53,108 nt of DNA from a virus. The notes beneath the pieces are model-generated. The model saw only the letters and a program-made list of their open reading frames with translations. It did no database searches and was not told the origin of the DNA. A program made the position numbers and the translations under genes. The stretch's first letter is position 1; each line of letters opens with the position of its first letter. The stretch lies in IMG/VR virus record IMGVR_UViG_3300050016_000310; one strand, 5' to 3'. This document shows, piece by piece, positions 34,341 through 43,656 of this stretch.

Positions 34341-36100
34341 AGGACTGGCAGATCCGGATTGAGCACCACCCCCGTGGGGGTCTTGACCAGCAGGCCCAGG
34401 CTCTTCAGTTCAGTCAGGGCCGCGCTGAAGCCACTGCTCTTGAGGCTGTAACCAGTCTGCTCGCACAGCTCATCCTGGCTATGCTCCCGGCGATCTTTCA
34501 GCAGGATCTCATAGATGGCGCGCGGGCAGGGTGAGAGCTTCGACTTCCAGGCTTCCAGACTCCCAGCCGGGGATTCGAAATCACCACCGAGCAGCTCGCG
34601 CACCGCTTCCAGCGCTTCCCTCGGCACGCAAAATCGGTCCCCCTCCTGCTGGACGAGCCCAGACTTCTTGAGGGTGGTGAGCGCCGCACTGAAGCCGCTG
34701 CTCTTTTTGGAGTAGCAGGTAGCCGCCGCGATTTGAGAGCGGTTCATGAAACCACCGGGCCGCGAGGCCAGGAACTTCAACATCGCCTTCTCCGTGGGTA
34801 GAGCCCAGCCGGTGCTAGGGGTGATCTGGATCGGGCTCACCGGCAGGGGTTTCGGCGCCTTCATGAGCCGGGGCCTGTTGTCGTAAGGGGGAATCATCGT
34901 CGGCGGCAGCGGCTCCAACTCCACCACCGGGACCACCAGCTGCTTCTGGAGTTTTTGCAAAGTGTCCTGAAGCGAACCAGTCAACTGTTTAACCACCTCC
35001 ACCTGAGATCCCAGTCGTTCCGTCATGACTCGGCTGACGTTCTCCAACCGGATCCGGTGCTCCTGGTGGAGAACCTTCTGCGCATGCGCCGCGCCTGCCT
35101 GGCGTGCCTTCTCCAGCTCCTCAGGGGCAGCGGAAGGGCCTGGGGCGGGCTGCGCGGCCTGGGCACGCTTGAGTGCCGCCTCCAGCTCTCGAACGCGAGC
35201 CTGAAGCTCGTGGCGGTCCTTCAGCTCGGCCTGCGCTTCCTGGGGCAGATCCTCCAGCTTGGATAGGATCTCCTTCACCCGATGCGTCGGGACGGGGGCC
35301 TTCGTTTTCATCTTCTGACCCCGGGTCGGGTGCGTGCTCTTGACTGATCCGATCTGAACCAGTTTGATCTCCTCGGTCAGCGCGGCGCCAAACGCGAAGA
35401 ATTGGCCGGGCTTCAACTTCCGGAGCGCCAGCTCCTGCGCGCGGGACGTGAAGCCCAGCTCGTAAGCCGCCCGCTTCATATCCACGTCCAAGCCGGTCCG
35501 ACCGATGAACTTGTTACCGCATTCAGCCGCCACGTCCTTGCTCAGGCGCGAGATCCGCTGGGTCGCGGCGATCAGGCAGATCCCCCGCTTCCGGCCGCGC
35601 GAGGCGACGTCAATGACCGCCTCAGCCGAGATCGACTTCTCCTTCTCCGGAGCGAATAAATGTGCCTCATCCAGCAGGACTAGAACATCCCGGCGCAATT
35701 CCTTGGGAGCTTCCACCAGCGATTCTAGGAACCGCTTCACGTAAAGGCTGCGTTCAGACTTCTTCAGATCGTACAAGCTGATGACGATCGAACACCCCAG
35801 CTCCAAAATCTTGTGGGGAAGCAGCTCGGCCGTCTGGAGGGAGATGGGGATATCCCGGTCCTTCCCGGCCAACACGTAATCGCCGATCTCGCGGAGGGTT
35901 GCGAAGTCGTCTTCCACGTCCAGGACGATCTGCGGGACATGTCCGTAGGTCATCTCCAGGAGCTTGCGTACCAGATAGGATTTGCCTCCGCCGGACTGCG
36001 CCTGGATCAAGACCCGAGTTTCCATCAGAGTTGGGAGATCGATCGTGCAGAGTTGCGTGGAGTCTTCCGCCAGACCCCCCAGGATAAATTTCTTGGTCAT
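34337..36100 (-). CDS. HerA/FtsK-like (DUF87-type) P-loop ATPase with two C-terminal winged-HTH-like repeats
   Basis: Walker A AQSGGGKS, Walker B LLDEAH, GRKRG, ATQR; duplicated YS.KSSGFSAALT.LK..GL motif. Confidence 0.85.
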   Translation of the reverse strand: MTKKFILGGLAEDSTQLCTIDLPTLMETRVLIQAQSGGGKSYLVRKLLEMTYGHVPQIVLDVEDDFATLREIGDYVLAGKDRDIPISLQTAELLPHKILELGCSIVISLYDLKKSERSLYVKRFLESLVEAPKELRRDVLVLLDEAHLFAPEKEKSISAEAVIDVASRGRKRGICLIAATQRISRLSKDVAAECGNKFIGRTGLDVDMKRAAYELGFTSRAQELALRKLKPGQFFAFGAALTEEIKLVQIGSVKSTHPTRGQKMKTKAPVPTHRVKEILSKLEDLPQEAQAELKDRHELQARVRELEAALKRAQAAQPAPGPSAAPEELEKARQAGAAHAQKVLHQEHRIRLENVSRVMTERLGSQVEVVKQLTGSLQDTLQKLQKQLVVPVVELEPLPPTMIPPYDNRPRLMKAPKPLPVSPIQITPSTGWALPTEKAMLKFLASRPGGFMNRSQIAAATCYSKKSSGFSAALTTLKKSGLVQQEGDRFCVPREALEAVRELLGGDFESPAGSLEAWKSKLSPCPRAIYEILLKDRREHSQDELCEQTGYSLKSSGFSAALTELKSLGLLVKTPTGVVLNPDLPVL

Positions 36101-36810
36101 TCCTTGTCCTTTTCAATTTCGGGGACGTCCCCGCCCATTCCGAGCTTGGGGAAATTACTACGGAGGGCTTCGAGGCCCGTATGCATAACGGCAGCCGTGA
36201 CGAAGGCATCGACCTCGGACTTGGCCTGCGATACCATCTTTTGGATCCCCTCATGAACCTGTTCGAAGTAAAACGGCATATTGCGCTCGACTTCCATCAT
36301 CATGGTTTCGAGGAGCCCTGCCAGTTCGCGCCGATCTGTTTTCGTGATCGTCGCCTTTTCTTCCAGAATCTTTCGAATGTTATTCGCCTGAGTCCGGAAA
36401 CTGGTGATCTTAGTGATCACCGAGTCCTTCAGGTAAGTGTGGGCTCTCTCGGCCTCGACCTGCTTCTCCACCGTCTGGGGGATCTGCTTTCCATTGAAAA
36501 GCCCCATCGTCCCGCACGTGCCGGTACCGACGTTCATCGTCGTAATCATCTCAGCGAATTGCGCAGGGCTGAAGTCGATCTCAATGAGAGGCACTTGGGT
36601 CGCGTAAACCTTGTCGCTCCCATAACGGTTCTGCCTCTTGGCCGGGTTGACTTTCAGGCGGATGAAACTCGGCGAGGTGACCGAGCTGCCGAAGAAACGG
36701 CGATCCCCTCCAGTCACGCGAGAGAACCCTACCACCACGTAGGAAGGGTGAGTTTCATACTGATTTTCGCCTTCCCCTTCAAAGGTCGGCTCTGAATATT
36801 CCCTGGGCAT
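36097..36810 (-). CDS. Hypothetical phage protein
   Basis: AAGGA SD; ATGA coupling to the ATPase gene; HPSY...FSRV.G...FFGS...LIEI.FS..QFAE.IT..N.G.G motif. Confidence 0.75.
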   Translation of the reverse strand: MPREYSEPTFEGEGENQYETHPSYVVVGFSRVTGGDRRFFGSSVTSPSFIRLKVNPAKRQNRYGSDKVYATQVPLIEIDFSPAQFAEMITTMNVGTGTCGTMGLFNGKQIPQTVEKQVEAERAHTYLKDSVITKITSFRTQANNIRKILEEKATITKTDRRELAGLLETMMMEVERNMPFYFEQVHEGIQKMVSQAKSEVDAFVTAAVMHTGLEALRSNFPKLGMGGDVPEIEKDKE

Positions 36811-36888
36811 TCCTTGGAGGTATCAAAGGGCCGAGGGCCTGACAATTAATTTTCTGCATGACGCCAAACTGATGCTGTTTGCTTAATT

Positions 36889-37542
36889 TTATTGTGGATT
36901 CAGGGGGGTCAAAAGGGCTTTTTCCAAGTCCCATCCTAAACGATTTAGCCTAGCTTCTAGCACTTTAGGACTGAGCCCCTGATACTCAGCCCATTGGGCT
37001 AAAGTTTTGGATTGTCCTCGGAATTCCAGAATTCGATTCCGGCTGAAGTTATTCATCTGTTGTTTGTGTGTCGCCCAGCTCACATTTCTAGGCTCATAAT
37101 TACCATCACTGTTTCCTCGTTCGAGGGAATGCTTAGGAGAGGGGGCGGGGCCTAGGTCTTCGAAAAAGTTTTCAAAAGAGGTGAGCCACCGCTCGCAGAC
37201 TTTGATTCCCTTGCCCCCGTAATACTTCCAATCCTTCCGGTTCTGATTAGTGCAACGTGCCAGCATATTTTGCCAACAGCTATACTCGTGCGTGGGTTTC
37301 TTGCCAGCGGCTCCCAGGGATTGTCCATGGGTCAGATGGGCTTCCCGAGCTTTCTCTTGCTGCCAACAGCCGCAAGATGTGGAGTTGCCGCCCACGAGAT
37401 TCCCGGCCTCCACCGTGACAGTCTGCCCACAGTCACAGAGGCACTCCCAAAAAGTTTTGCCATAAGTCCCAAAGTCTTTTCGAAACCCACGAAGAGGCTT
37501 GAGACGGAAAAATTTCTGCTGAGTCAGATCTTTGATGGCCAT
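36889..37542 (-). CDS. HNH-type homing endonuclease
   Basis: WECLCDCG...STSCGC, W.NM..RC.N.....YGG.GIKVCERW..FENF..D.G..P....SLER....GNYEP.N..WAT..QQ.NN. Confidence 0.85.
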   Translation of the reverse strand: MAIKDLTQQKFFRLKPLRGFRKDFGTYGKTFWECLCDCGQTVTVEAGNLVGGNSTSCGCWQQEKAREAHLTHGQSLGAAGKKPTHEYSCWQNMLARCTNQNRKDWKYYGGKGIKVCERWLTSFENFFEDLGPAPSPKHSLERGNSDGNYEPRNVSWATHKQQMNNFSRNRILEFRGQSKTLAQWAEYQGLSPKVLEARLNRLGWDLEKALLTPLNPQ

Positions 37543-37591
37543 AGAAGGCTCAAATAACTGACTTAATTTAACAAGTCAATGGATAAGCAAA

Positions 37592-38080
37592 CTACTTTTT
37601 TACCAATGCGCCTTTCCTTAAACCTGAAATTAAATGTTTACAAATATGCGGAATATGTAATGGATTCGTGATCTTAGGTCCCATTCCGTTAGAGTACTTA
37701 ATACTTGACGAATCATCCTCCGAGTCACTTACCTCACAATGAAACTTGAAATATTCGCACGAGCAGCTGACCCAGACCTTCGTCATGACAGTAAAGGGGG
37801 GAGGATCCTCCGGACCCGCGTAGGGTTTGCCCTTTTGGCGAAGCGCAGCCGGGACGTACATCGAGGTGCCACGGCCGCCCCAGTACAAACGGAATTCGAA
37901 CTTTTTGGTTTTCTTTCCCTTTTCGTTCGTGTGGGCGGATCCTGCGACCGCCCGGTAATAGCCAAACACGTCTTTGCCGACGCGGGTCGGCTTGAAGGCG
38001 ATTGACACATTCGACGAATTGGAGACCAAAACCGGCCGGTGGGACTTGCTCTGGGCCAAGAGTTCTTTGACAGTTAACAC
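37592..38080 (-). CDS. SWIM-like Zn-finger protein
   Basis: VWVSCSCEYFKF...TNP.....ICKHL; GTG start 7 nt after TTATTT. Confidence 0.7.
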   Translation of the reverse strand: MLTVKELLAQSKSHRPVLVSNSSNVSIAFKPTRVGKDVFGYYRAVAGSAHTNEKGKKTKKFEFRLYWGGRGTSMYVPAALRQKGKPYAGPEDPPPFTVMTKVWVSCSCEYFKFHCEVSDSEDDSSSIKYSNGMGPKITNPLHIPHICKHLISGLRKGALVKK

Positions 38081-38115
38081 GCTTTAAAAATAACCTGGAT
38101 TGGTAAAAAGTCACC

Positions 38116-38466
38116 ATGGCCGGGGGCAAAAAACGAGTTGAGCTAAAGTTTTTCGACGCAGAGGCTGTGAAGGCTGCCCTGTTCCGATACCATTCAGATC
38201 ATGTCTTCCGGGAGGAAATCGACAGGCGGGCGGATAAACTCTCGAATCGAGTCCGGGCGGAGGCTTTCCCGCTTTCTGTGGAACTGCTGCTCCATGGCGC
38301 GGCCGTCATGATCGAGGGCGTAGTGGGCAAGGAATCCCACGTCACCCTCCTGGAGCCCTCCCACACGTCCGTCCATTACATCAATGACATCATTCCGGCA
38401 AAATCCCCCCGCAGAAAATTGCGCCTGGTCAGACTTCCTGATTCACTTGACCCTCCCTTGAAATGA
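38116..38466 (+). CDS. Hypothetical protein
   Basis: 116-aa ORF divergent from the SWIM gene. Confidence 0.55.
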   Translation: MAGGKKRVELKFFDAEAVKAALFRYHSDHVFREEIDRRADKLSNRVRAEAFPLSVELLLHGAAVMIEGVVGKESHVTLLEPSHTSVHYINDIIPAKSPRRKLRLVRLPDSLDPPLK

Positions 38467-38577
38467 GAAGGGAATGTCTTAAACTTATATGTGTTTTGTC
38501 AAGCCACAGCAATGTTGACAGGCATGTACTTTTTCGATAATTCGGCCAGGTTAATTTTTACCAAAGGCGTTTTATCA

Positions 38578-38769
38578 ATGAATCATTCTATAATTGACTT
38601 TGAAAAAAAACTGACCGAAGCAATTGCCAGGCGGAATGAAGAGCAAGCGAAGGGAAAACAGGCTCCTAAACTAGGCCATCAACCTGAACCCAAGCTGATT
38701 CCATTGAGCGGGATCATCGAGACTCTCTTCAGCAAGCTCTTGCGGAACCTAGGAAAGTCCGTAGACTGA
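38578..38769 (+). CDS. Small hypothetical protein
   Basis: AAGG SD; TTGACA-containing AT-rich region upstream. Confidence 0.45.
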   Translation: MNHSIIDFEKKLTEAIARRNEEQAKGKQAPKLGHQPEPKLIPLSGIIETLFSKLLRNLGKSVD

Positions 38770-38847
38770 ACGGATGCGTCTACCCCTTGGTTACTGCACC
38801 CCCTGTTTCGAGCGAGAGTGAAACTCCTGTCCCGTGGGTTTGTGTGC

Positions 38848-38924
38848 GTTACCATCGTCTAGCTGGACTAGGACATTCCCCTTTCACGGGAGGAAGCCGG
38901 GTTCGATTCCCGGTGGCGCCACCA
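38848..38924 (+). tRNA. tRNA-Glu (UUC) with a defective acceptor stem
   Basis: GTTACCA TC GTCT-AGCTGGACTA-GGAC A TTCCC-CT TTC AC-GGGAG GAAG CCGGG-TTCGATT-CCCGG TGGCGCC A CCA. Confidence 0.85.
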
Positions 38925-38968
38925 ACCCAAAGCTAATCCCTGGACCTGTTTGGTAAAAATCCAGGGAG

Positions 38969-40267
38969 ATGCAAAAACCTGCTCCCACCAAGACTTCCGA
39001 GTACCGAACCGACCGGGCCATCCGGGAGAAGATCTTCAAAATCCCTCTCCTGCCCCAGGACAAAGCAGTCCTCAAAATCGCGGAGCTGGACACTCTCCTC
39101 TACCCCCACGCGCTCGCGCTCACTAAGCGCTTCCCTCTCCTCCGCAATTATTTCGAAGAGGTCATGTTCCGGATCGCTTCCGGCAACACACAGGGCAAAA
39201 ACTACTACAACAAAGAAGACCACGAGGACGACAAGAAGAAAAAAAAGCTGCTCCAGAACTCGGAAAAACGGGTCCTAATCGAGAGCTTTTCTCTTCTACG
39301 TCTGAAGGACCTGCCGGAGCGCTTCTGCCACGTCATCAAGCACGCAAGCTTCCTTCGAGGCGTCTTCGAAGAGGCGGTGGAGCTTTTCCTCGAAACCACC
39401 TTGTCCTACCCCGACGATCTGAAGGCCATGCAGCTGGCTGCCAGGGAGCACTCGCCCGATTTCGTCGAGCTGGAAACCAAAATCCGCCGAGTCGAAAATG
39501 AACTGGGTTGCCATGACCCAGCCGAGATCCTCGAATGGGTTGCGAAGGCAGATCATGTCTGGACCCAATACGTCTTGCTCCGCGAGGAGCTGATCTCCCC
39601 CTACTTCCGGCTCGTCTACTCACTCGCGCAGAAGTACGCCTCGTCCCCCGCCCAAATCCTTGATAACTTCCAAAACGGTGTCTTCGGGCTCGTGCGCGCG
39701 GTCAAATGCTACACGCCCACCCGCTTCGCCGCCTTCTCAGTAGTCGCAACGCAGTGGATCAAGCAATCGATACTTCTTCAATTAAAAAGCGAAGTTAACT
39801 TGATTAAGCTGCCCGTTGCGTCGTGGCATCTTTACCAAAAACTCGAAAAAATTCGGAACGAGATCGAGAAGACGACGCAAAAATCCGCGACTCACGAAGA
39901 GATTGCGGCGGCGGCCAAATTACCTGTCGAAAAGATTCAGAAGATTTATGAAAACGCCAAGCTTGTCCAGGTCCTGAGCCTGAACAATCCCACCCACAAT
40001 GAGGATCAGCAGGCGGCTGACAGCAAATGGAACATGGAGTCGATCCCAGCGTCCCAGGACCAGCACGACCTCTATGAACTGAAGAGCGAGTTTCTGTTGA
40101 TCGAAAAAGTCCTGGATCTGATGGACGAGGAGGAACGGGTGATCTTCGGTCTCGTCTCCGGCTGCTTCGATCTCATTCCCGAGCCCGCACTGGATCCCAC
40201 CGAGATCTTGAGGGAAACAATCAGACAAAAAGCGGCGCGGCGTCATTTAACCCTTATTTTTAAGTAG
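38969..40267 (+). CDS. Phage RpoD-like (sigma70-family) sigma factor with degenerate region 4
   Basis: Region 2: REELI..YFRLVYSLAQKY...LDNFQNGVFGLVRAVKCY....FS..A.QWIKQSI. Region 3: IKLPV...T.EEIA....LP.EKI...SLNNP. Confidence 0.85.
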   Translation: MQKPAPTKTSEYRTDRAIREKIFKIPLLPQDKAVLKIAELDTLLYPHALALTKRFPLLRNYFEEVMFRIASGNTQGKNYYNKEDHEDDKKKKKLLQNSEKRVLIESFSLLRLKDLPERFCHVIKHASFLRGVFEEAVELFLETTLSYPDDLKAMQLAAREHSPDFVELETKIRRVENELGCHDPAEILEWVAKADHVWTQYVLLREELISPYFRLVYSLAQKYASSPAQILDNFQNGVFGLVRAVKCYTPTRFAAFSVVATQWIKQSILLQLKSEVNLIKLPVASWHLYQKLEKIRNEIEKTTQKSATHEEIAAAAKLPVEKIQKIYENAKLVQVLSLNNPTHNEDQQAADSKWNMESIPASQDQHDLYELKSEFLLIEKVLDLMDEEERVIFGLVSGCFDLIPEPALDPTEILRETIRQKAARRHLTLIFK

Positions 40268-40272
40268 AGCGA

Positions 40273-41043
40273 TTGAGTATGAAACACCTTGCCGCCCCCA
40301 ACGGGGCCAGTATCCTCGCGGAAGCCCAAGCGGCACTTAGGGCCGCCCAGGTTCAGACGGCCGAGGCGCGCGACGAAGCCCGGGAGCCCGCCGGTAATCC
40401 GCCGGTAACCCTCCGGGACCTCCCGGCCGTCCAGGGGATCCAAGGCATCCCGGATGAATTCGATCTGCCGCCGCAGGCCCACCGCCCGGCGTTCACGGCG
40501 ACAGCCTTCCTGGAGGCACCCAACCCCTACCCCCAGCACATGCCCCAGAAGTTTGGGGATGTTCCCTCCCAGCTGCGCGAAACGCAGCAGATCAATACCT
40601 TTGAAATCAAGAAACTGAACTTGGCCGCCACGATCGAGGCGCTGGAGCGGGCGGTCATGTCCCAGGAGGCGATGCCTTCCCCCGACGCGGCGTTTGCCGT
40701 CGCGGCGCTCTCTGAGCAGGTCATGAAGTTGACCCGCGAGCTGGAGAAGTCGCAAGATCCGGCCAAGATCTACCGGCGGGTCGTGGATGAGATCTTAGCT
40801 AAATTAGTTGAGCACATGATCTACACGATCTGCTCGGAGATGAAGCGGCTCAAGCAGGATAGCCACCAGCTGCTTTCGGCGGATCGCGAGGGCCCGATGA
40901 GCAAGGCGATTGACGAGACGACCCTTCGGGTCGGACCGATCTTAAGTGACGTCCTAGAAATCGCCAAGAAGCGCATGCTCAAGATCTTTGATCTGAAAGA
41001 GGTCAAGGATCATTCCCCCGATCATATGGAAACACCCCCATGA
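40273..41043 (+). CDS. Hypothetical helical protein upstream of terL (possible small terminase)
   Basis: Position and helical C-terminal half only. Confidence 0.5.
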   Translation: MSMKHLAAPNGASILAEAQAALRAAQVQTAEARDEAREPAGNPPVTLRDLPAVQGIQGIPDEFDLPPQAHRPAFTATAFLEAPNPYPQHMPQKFGDVPSQLRETQQINTFEIKKLNLAATIEALERAVMSQEAMPSPDAAFAVAALSEQVMKLTRELEKSQDPAKIYRRVVDEILAKLVEHMIYTICSEMKRLKQDSHQLLSADREGPMSKAIDETTLRVGPILSDVLEIAKKRMLKIFDLKEVKDHSPDHMETPP

Positions 41044-41264
41044 TGCTTCTCTCGTATCCCCAATACGTCGAGAAGTTCGCGGACTCCAATTTTGCCCGGG
41101 TGTTCCTGGTTCACTACCTCCAGTCCGGCTACCAGCTCGAAACCCTCCATAACCCGGAGGACATCAAGGGGCTCGCAGACCTGACCGTCATCACACTCTC
41201 GCTGGCCGTCTTCCCCAGTTTCTTCCTCCGGGAGAGCATCGCTCCCAACGCCTGGATCCACTGA
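41040..41264 (+). CDS. Small hypothetical protein
   Basis: ATGA-coupled; fills the gap before terL. Confidence 0.55.
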   Translation: MMLLSYPQYVEKFADSNFARVFLVHYLQSGYQLETLHNPEDIKGLADLTVITLSLAVFPSFFLRESIAPNAWIH

Positions 41265-41265
41265 T

Positions 41266-43287
41266 ATGGCCAGGCCCAAGAAAAAATTCGATCCCCAGGA
41301 CATCCTCCGGCAGATCGTTTCGAGCGACTTTGATCTCACCCGCTTCGCCGAGGTGGACGAACGAGACATTCCACAACCTTCCAATTTTGTAGAATGGATC
41401 ACCGGCCGCGCGTTCTGCGACGCCACCCTTCTGCCCTGGCAAGTCGAAGCCGGTATGCACCTGTTCTCCGATTATTGTCCAGAGTGTTCGGATCCAGAAT
41501 ATCTCGCCGATCTATTCAATGAAACGATGGGAGAGATCCTCGACCATGTCGTATTTTTGAAGCAGGGCGTTTGCCCAAAATGTAAAAAAAATCGTCTTGA
41601 ATTATTCACTCCGGGGATTTTACATCCCTCCAAACCTTCGCTTAAAAATGAATTCATTGGCAACATGGGCCAAAGAATAGGGAAATCAAAATTCCTAGTA
41701 TCTGCCGGGTGTTACCAGACAAATCAATGGGTGAGGCTCCCGGATCCCCATGAATTTTACAATCTTCCCAAGATGGAAGTTGTACTGGGAACTTTCTCTG
41801 CTCTATCGGCAGAACAGGCGGAAGAAAATCTCTGGATGCCTTTCAAGGCGCTTTACGATCAGGCCCCCTGGTTCAAAAAATACAACGAATTTTTGAGATC
41901 AGAAGAAAAGCGTCTTTCCGTTCCCCTGTGTGACATTGGGGGGACTTATATTTTTTATCCGCACAAAAGATTGTTACTTTCGTTTACCGGCGCGGACGAT
42001 CGTAAAAAAAGAGGACGCACTCGGTTGTTTGGACAAATTGATGAAATCGCTTACCTCAATACGGAGGAGGGCACGTCCAAGAAAAAGGTTATGGACGCGG
42101 ACAAGAACTACGCGGCGTTGAACAACTCCCTTTCCACGATCCGCCAGAAAGCGCTGAATAAAATTGCAACAGGGCATTTCGACGTTCCTCTAGCCATCAT
42201 GTACAACGCCTCCTCTCCCTACAACGTCCAGGATAAGATCATGCGACTCACTAAATCGGGCCCTGACAATCCCTTTGCTGTCGTTATGCACAAGGCTACT
42301 TGGGAAGGGAATCCAGATTTCACAGAGCATTCTCTGCGAGCCCAAAATCAAGCTCTCTCCCAGGCCGAGTTCGATCGCGACTTCGGCGCCGTGCCTCCCT
42401 TCTCCGATTCCCCCTACATCGGGGATGCCCGCGTGCTGGAGAAGCTCTGCCTTCCCCCCGATAAGCACCAGGCGCTCATCGTTGCGACCCGCGAGATCCA
42501 CAAGGATCAGATGGGCGATTCCTACCTCTATTTGAAGGCGAAGATTGCCCGGCCGGACAAAAACACGCCGCTACTCCTGGCACTCGACAACGGCTACAAT
42601 CACAATGCCTTCGGCGCCGCGATCTTTGGATTCGATGGCATCAAAAAGAAAGCGATCCTTCGAGCCCTCTTCAGTCTTTACCCGGATCCGAGCAACGGCC
42701 TCAGCATCCACTTCCCATCCATGTTTGAGCATTTCATTATTCCGTTGGTGAAATACCTGCGGATCCATCACATCATTTACGATCGCTGGCAATCACTCGA
42801 CCAGATCCAACGGCTCCGAGACATGAAGATCAATGCTCAAGCGCACAGCCTGTCTTTTGAAAAAGATCTCCTGCCGTTCAAGCAAATGTTGTTGTCGGGG
42901 AACATGATCCTACCCCCTTGTGAAATGCCGATCCAAGACGTCAAGGATGCGCCTAATCCCACTCACGTCACCCGGAATAAGCCGGTGGCGAATCTGATCT
43001 GGCAGGCCCTCACGGTCCGGCAAGTCCGCCGCAAGGTGCTCAAGCCCCTCGAAGGGGATGACGATTTGTTCCGCGCCTTCGTCTTAGGTGGCTCCCGCTT
43101 CCTGGCGGAGGACATCCAGAAACAATACGCGAGTTTTAATGGAGTGCGTCAATCCCTCCAAGGAGGGTTCGTCGGCAGCTACAATTCCATGAAAAAGGTT
43201 GGCGGGATGGCGCCGGGAGCCCCAGCTCAGGTCGCCTCCAACTTTGCGAGCTACCGTGGCTTTACCCGGGGAGCGGGTAGGAAGTGA
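41266..43287 (+). CDS. terL: Terminase large subunit
   Basis: L.PWQ adenine-binding motif, Walker A MGQRIGKS, Walker B GQIDEIAY, coupling motif ASSP, RNase H-like LALDNG, YDRWQS and DDLFRA. Confidence 0.9.
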   Translation: MARPKKKFDPQDILRQIVSSDFDLTRFAEVDERDIPQPSNFVEWITGRAFCDATLLPWQVEAGMHLFSDYCPECSDPEYLADLFNETMGEILDHVVFLKQGVCPKCKKNRLELFTPGILHPSKPSLKNEFIGNMGQRIGKSKFLVSAGCYQTNQWVRLPDPHEFYNLPKMEVVLGTFSALSAEQAEENLWMPFKALYDQAPWFKKYNEFLRSEEKRLSVPLCDIGGTYIFYPHKRLLLSFTGADDRKKRGRTRLFGQIDEIAYLNTEEGTSKKKVMDADKNYAALNNSLSTIRQKALNKIATGHFDVPLAIMYNASSPYNVQDKIMRLTKSGPDNPFAVVMHKATWEGNPDFTEHSLRAQNQALSQAEFDRDFGAVPPFSDSPYIGDARVLEKLCLPPDKHQALIVATREIHKDQMGDSYLYLKAKIARPDKNTPLLLALDNGYNHNAFGAAIFGFDGIKKKAILRALFSLYPDPSNGLSIHFPSMFEHFIIPLVKYLRIHHIIYDRWQSLDQIQRLRDMKINAQAHSLSFEKDLLPFKQMLLSGNMILPPCEMPIQDVKDAPNPTHVTRNKPVANLIWQALTVRQVRRKVLKPLEGDDDLFRAFVLGGSRFLAEDIQKQYASFNGVRQSLQGGFVGSYNSMKKVGGMAPGAPAQVASNFASYRGFTRGAGRK

Positions 43288-43302
43288 GCTTATTTTCAAA
43301 TC

Positions 43303-43656
43303 ATGAGCCAGGCGTTAACCAAAGATGAAATCTATCGGATCCTGGCAACCCGGCACTCAGGTCAAGATCCCAAAATCCTTAAAGAAATTTCCTACAATCT
43401 AGCCCTGGCGAGCACGACTGAGAGCAGTCTGGACGGCAGAGCTGCGCAGGCATTGAAGCGCCTCCAGGGGGACACCAACCCTCCCAGCAAGGTTCTCCAT
43501 CAAGCGGCGCAGGCGGCCTCCCACAATCAGCGCAATCGGTGCCCCATCTGCAAAAGCGCGATGGAAGTAGTAAAACTTCTGGAAGATCAGCCCGCATACC
43601 ATTGTGTGCAGCACAAGATCACGGAACCATTTCCCAAGGAAACCGGGGGCACGTAA
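43303..43656 (+). CDS. Small Zn-ribbon protein between terminase and portal
   Basis: CPICKSAM...YHCVQH; TAATG coupling to the portal gene. Confidence 0.7.
   Translation: MSQALTKDEIYRILATRHSGQDPKILKEISYNLALASTTESSLDGRAAQALKRLQGDTNPPSKVLHQAAQAASHNQRNRCPICKSAMEVVKLLEDQPAYHCVQHKITEPFPKETGGT

Noticed and set aside
38770-38845. Possible second tRNA-like element before tRNA-Glu
   Set aside because: Only a small GAGT-GAA-ACTC hairpin is present; no cloverleaf could be built.
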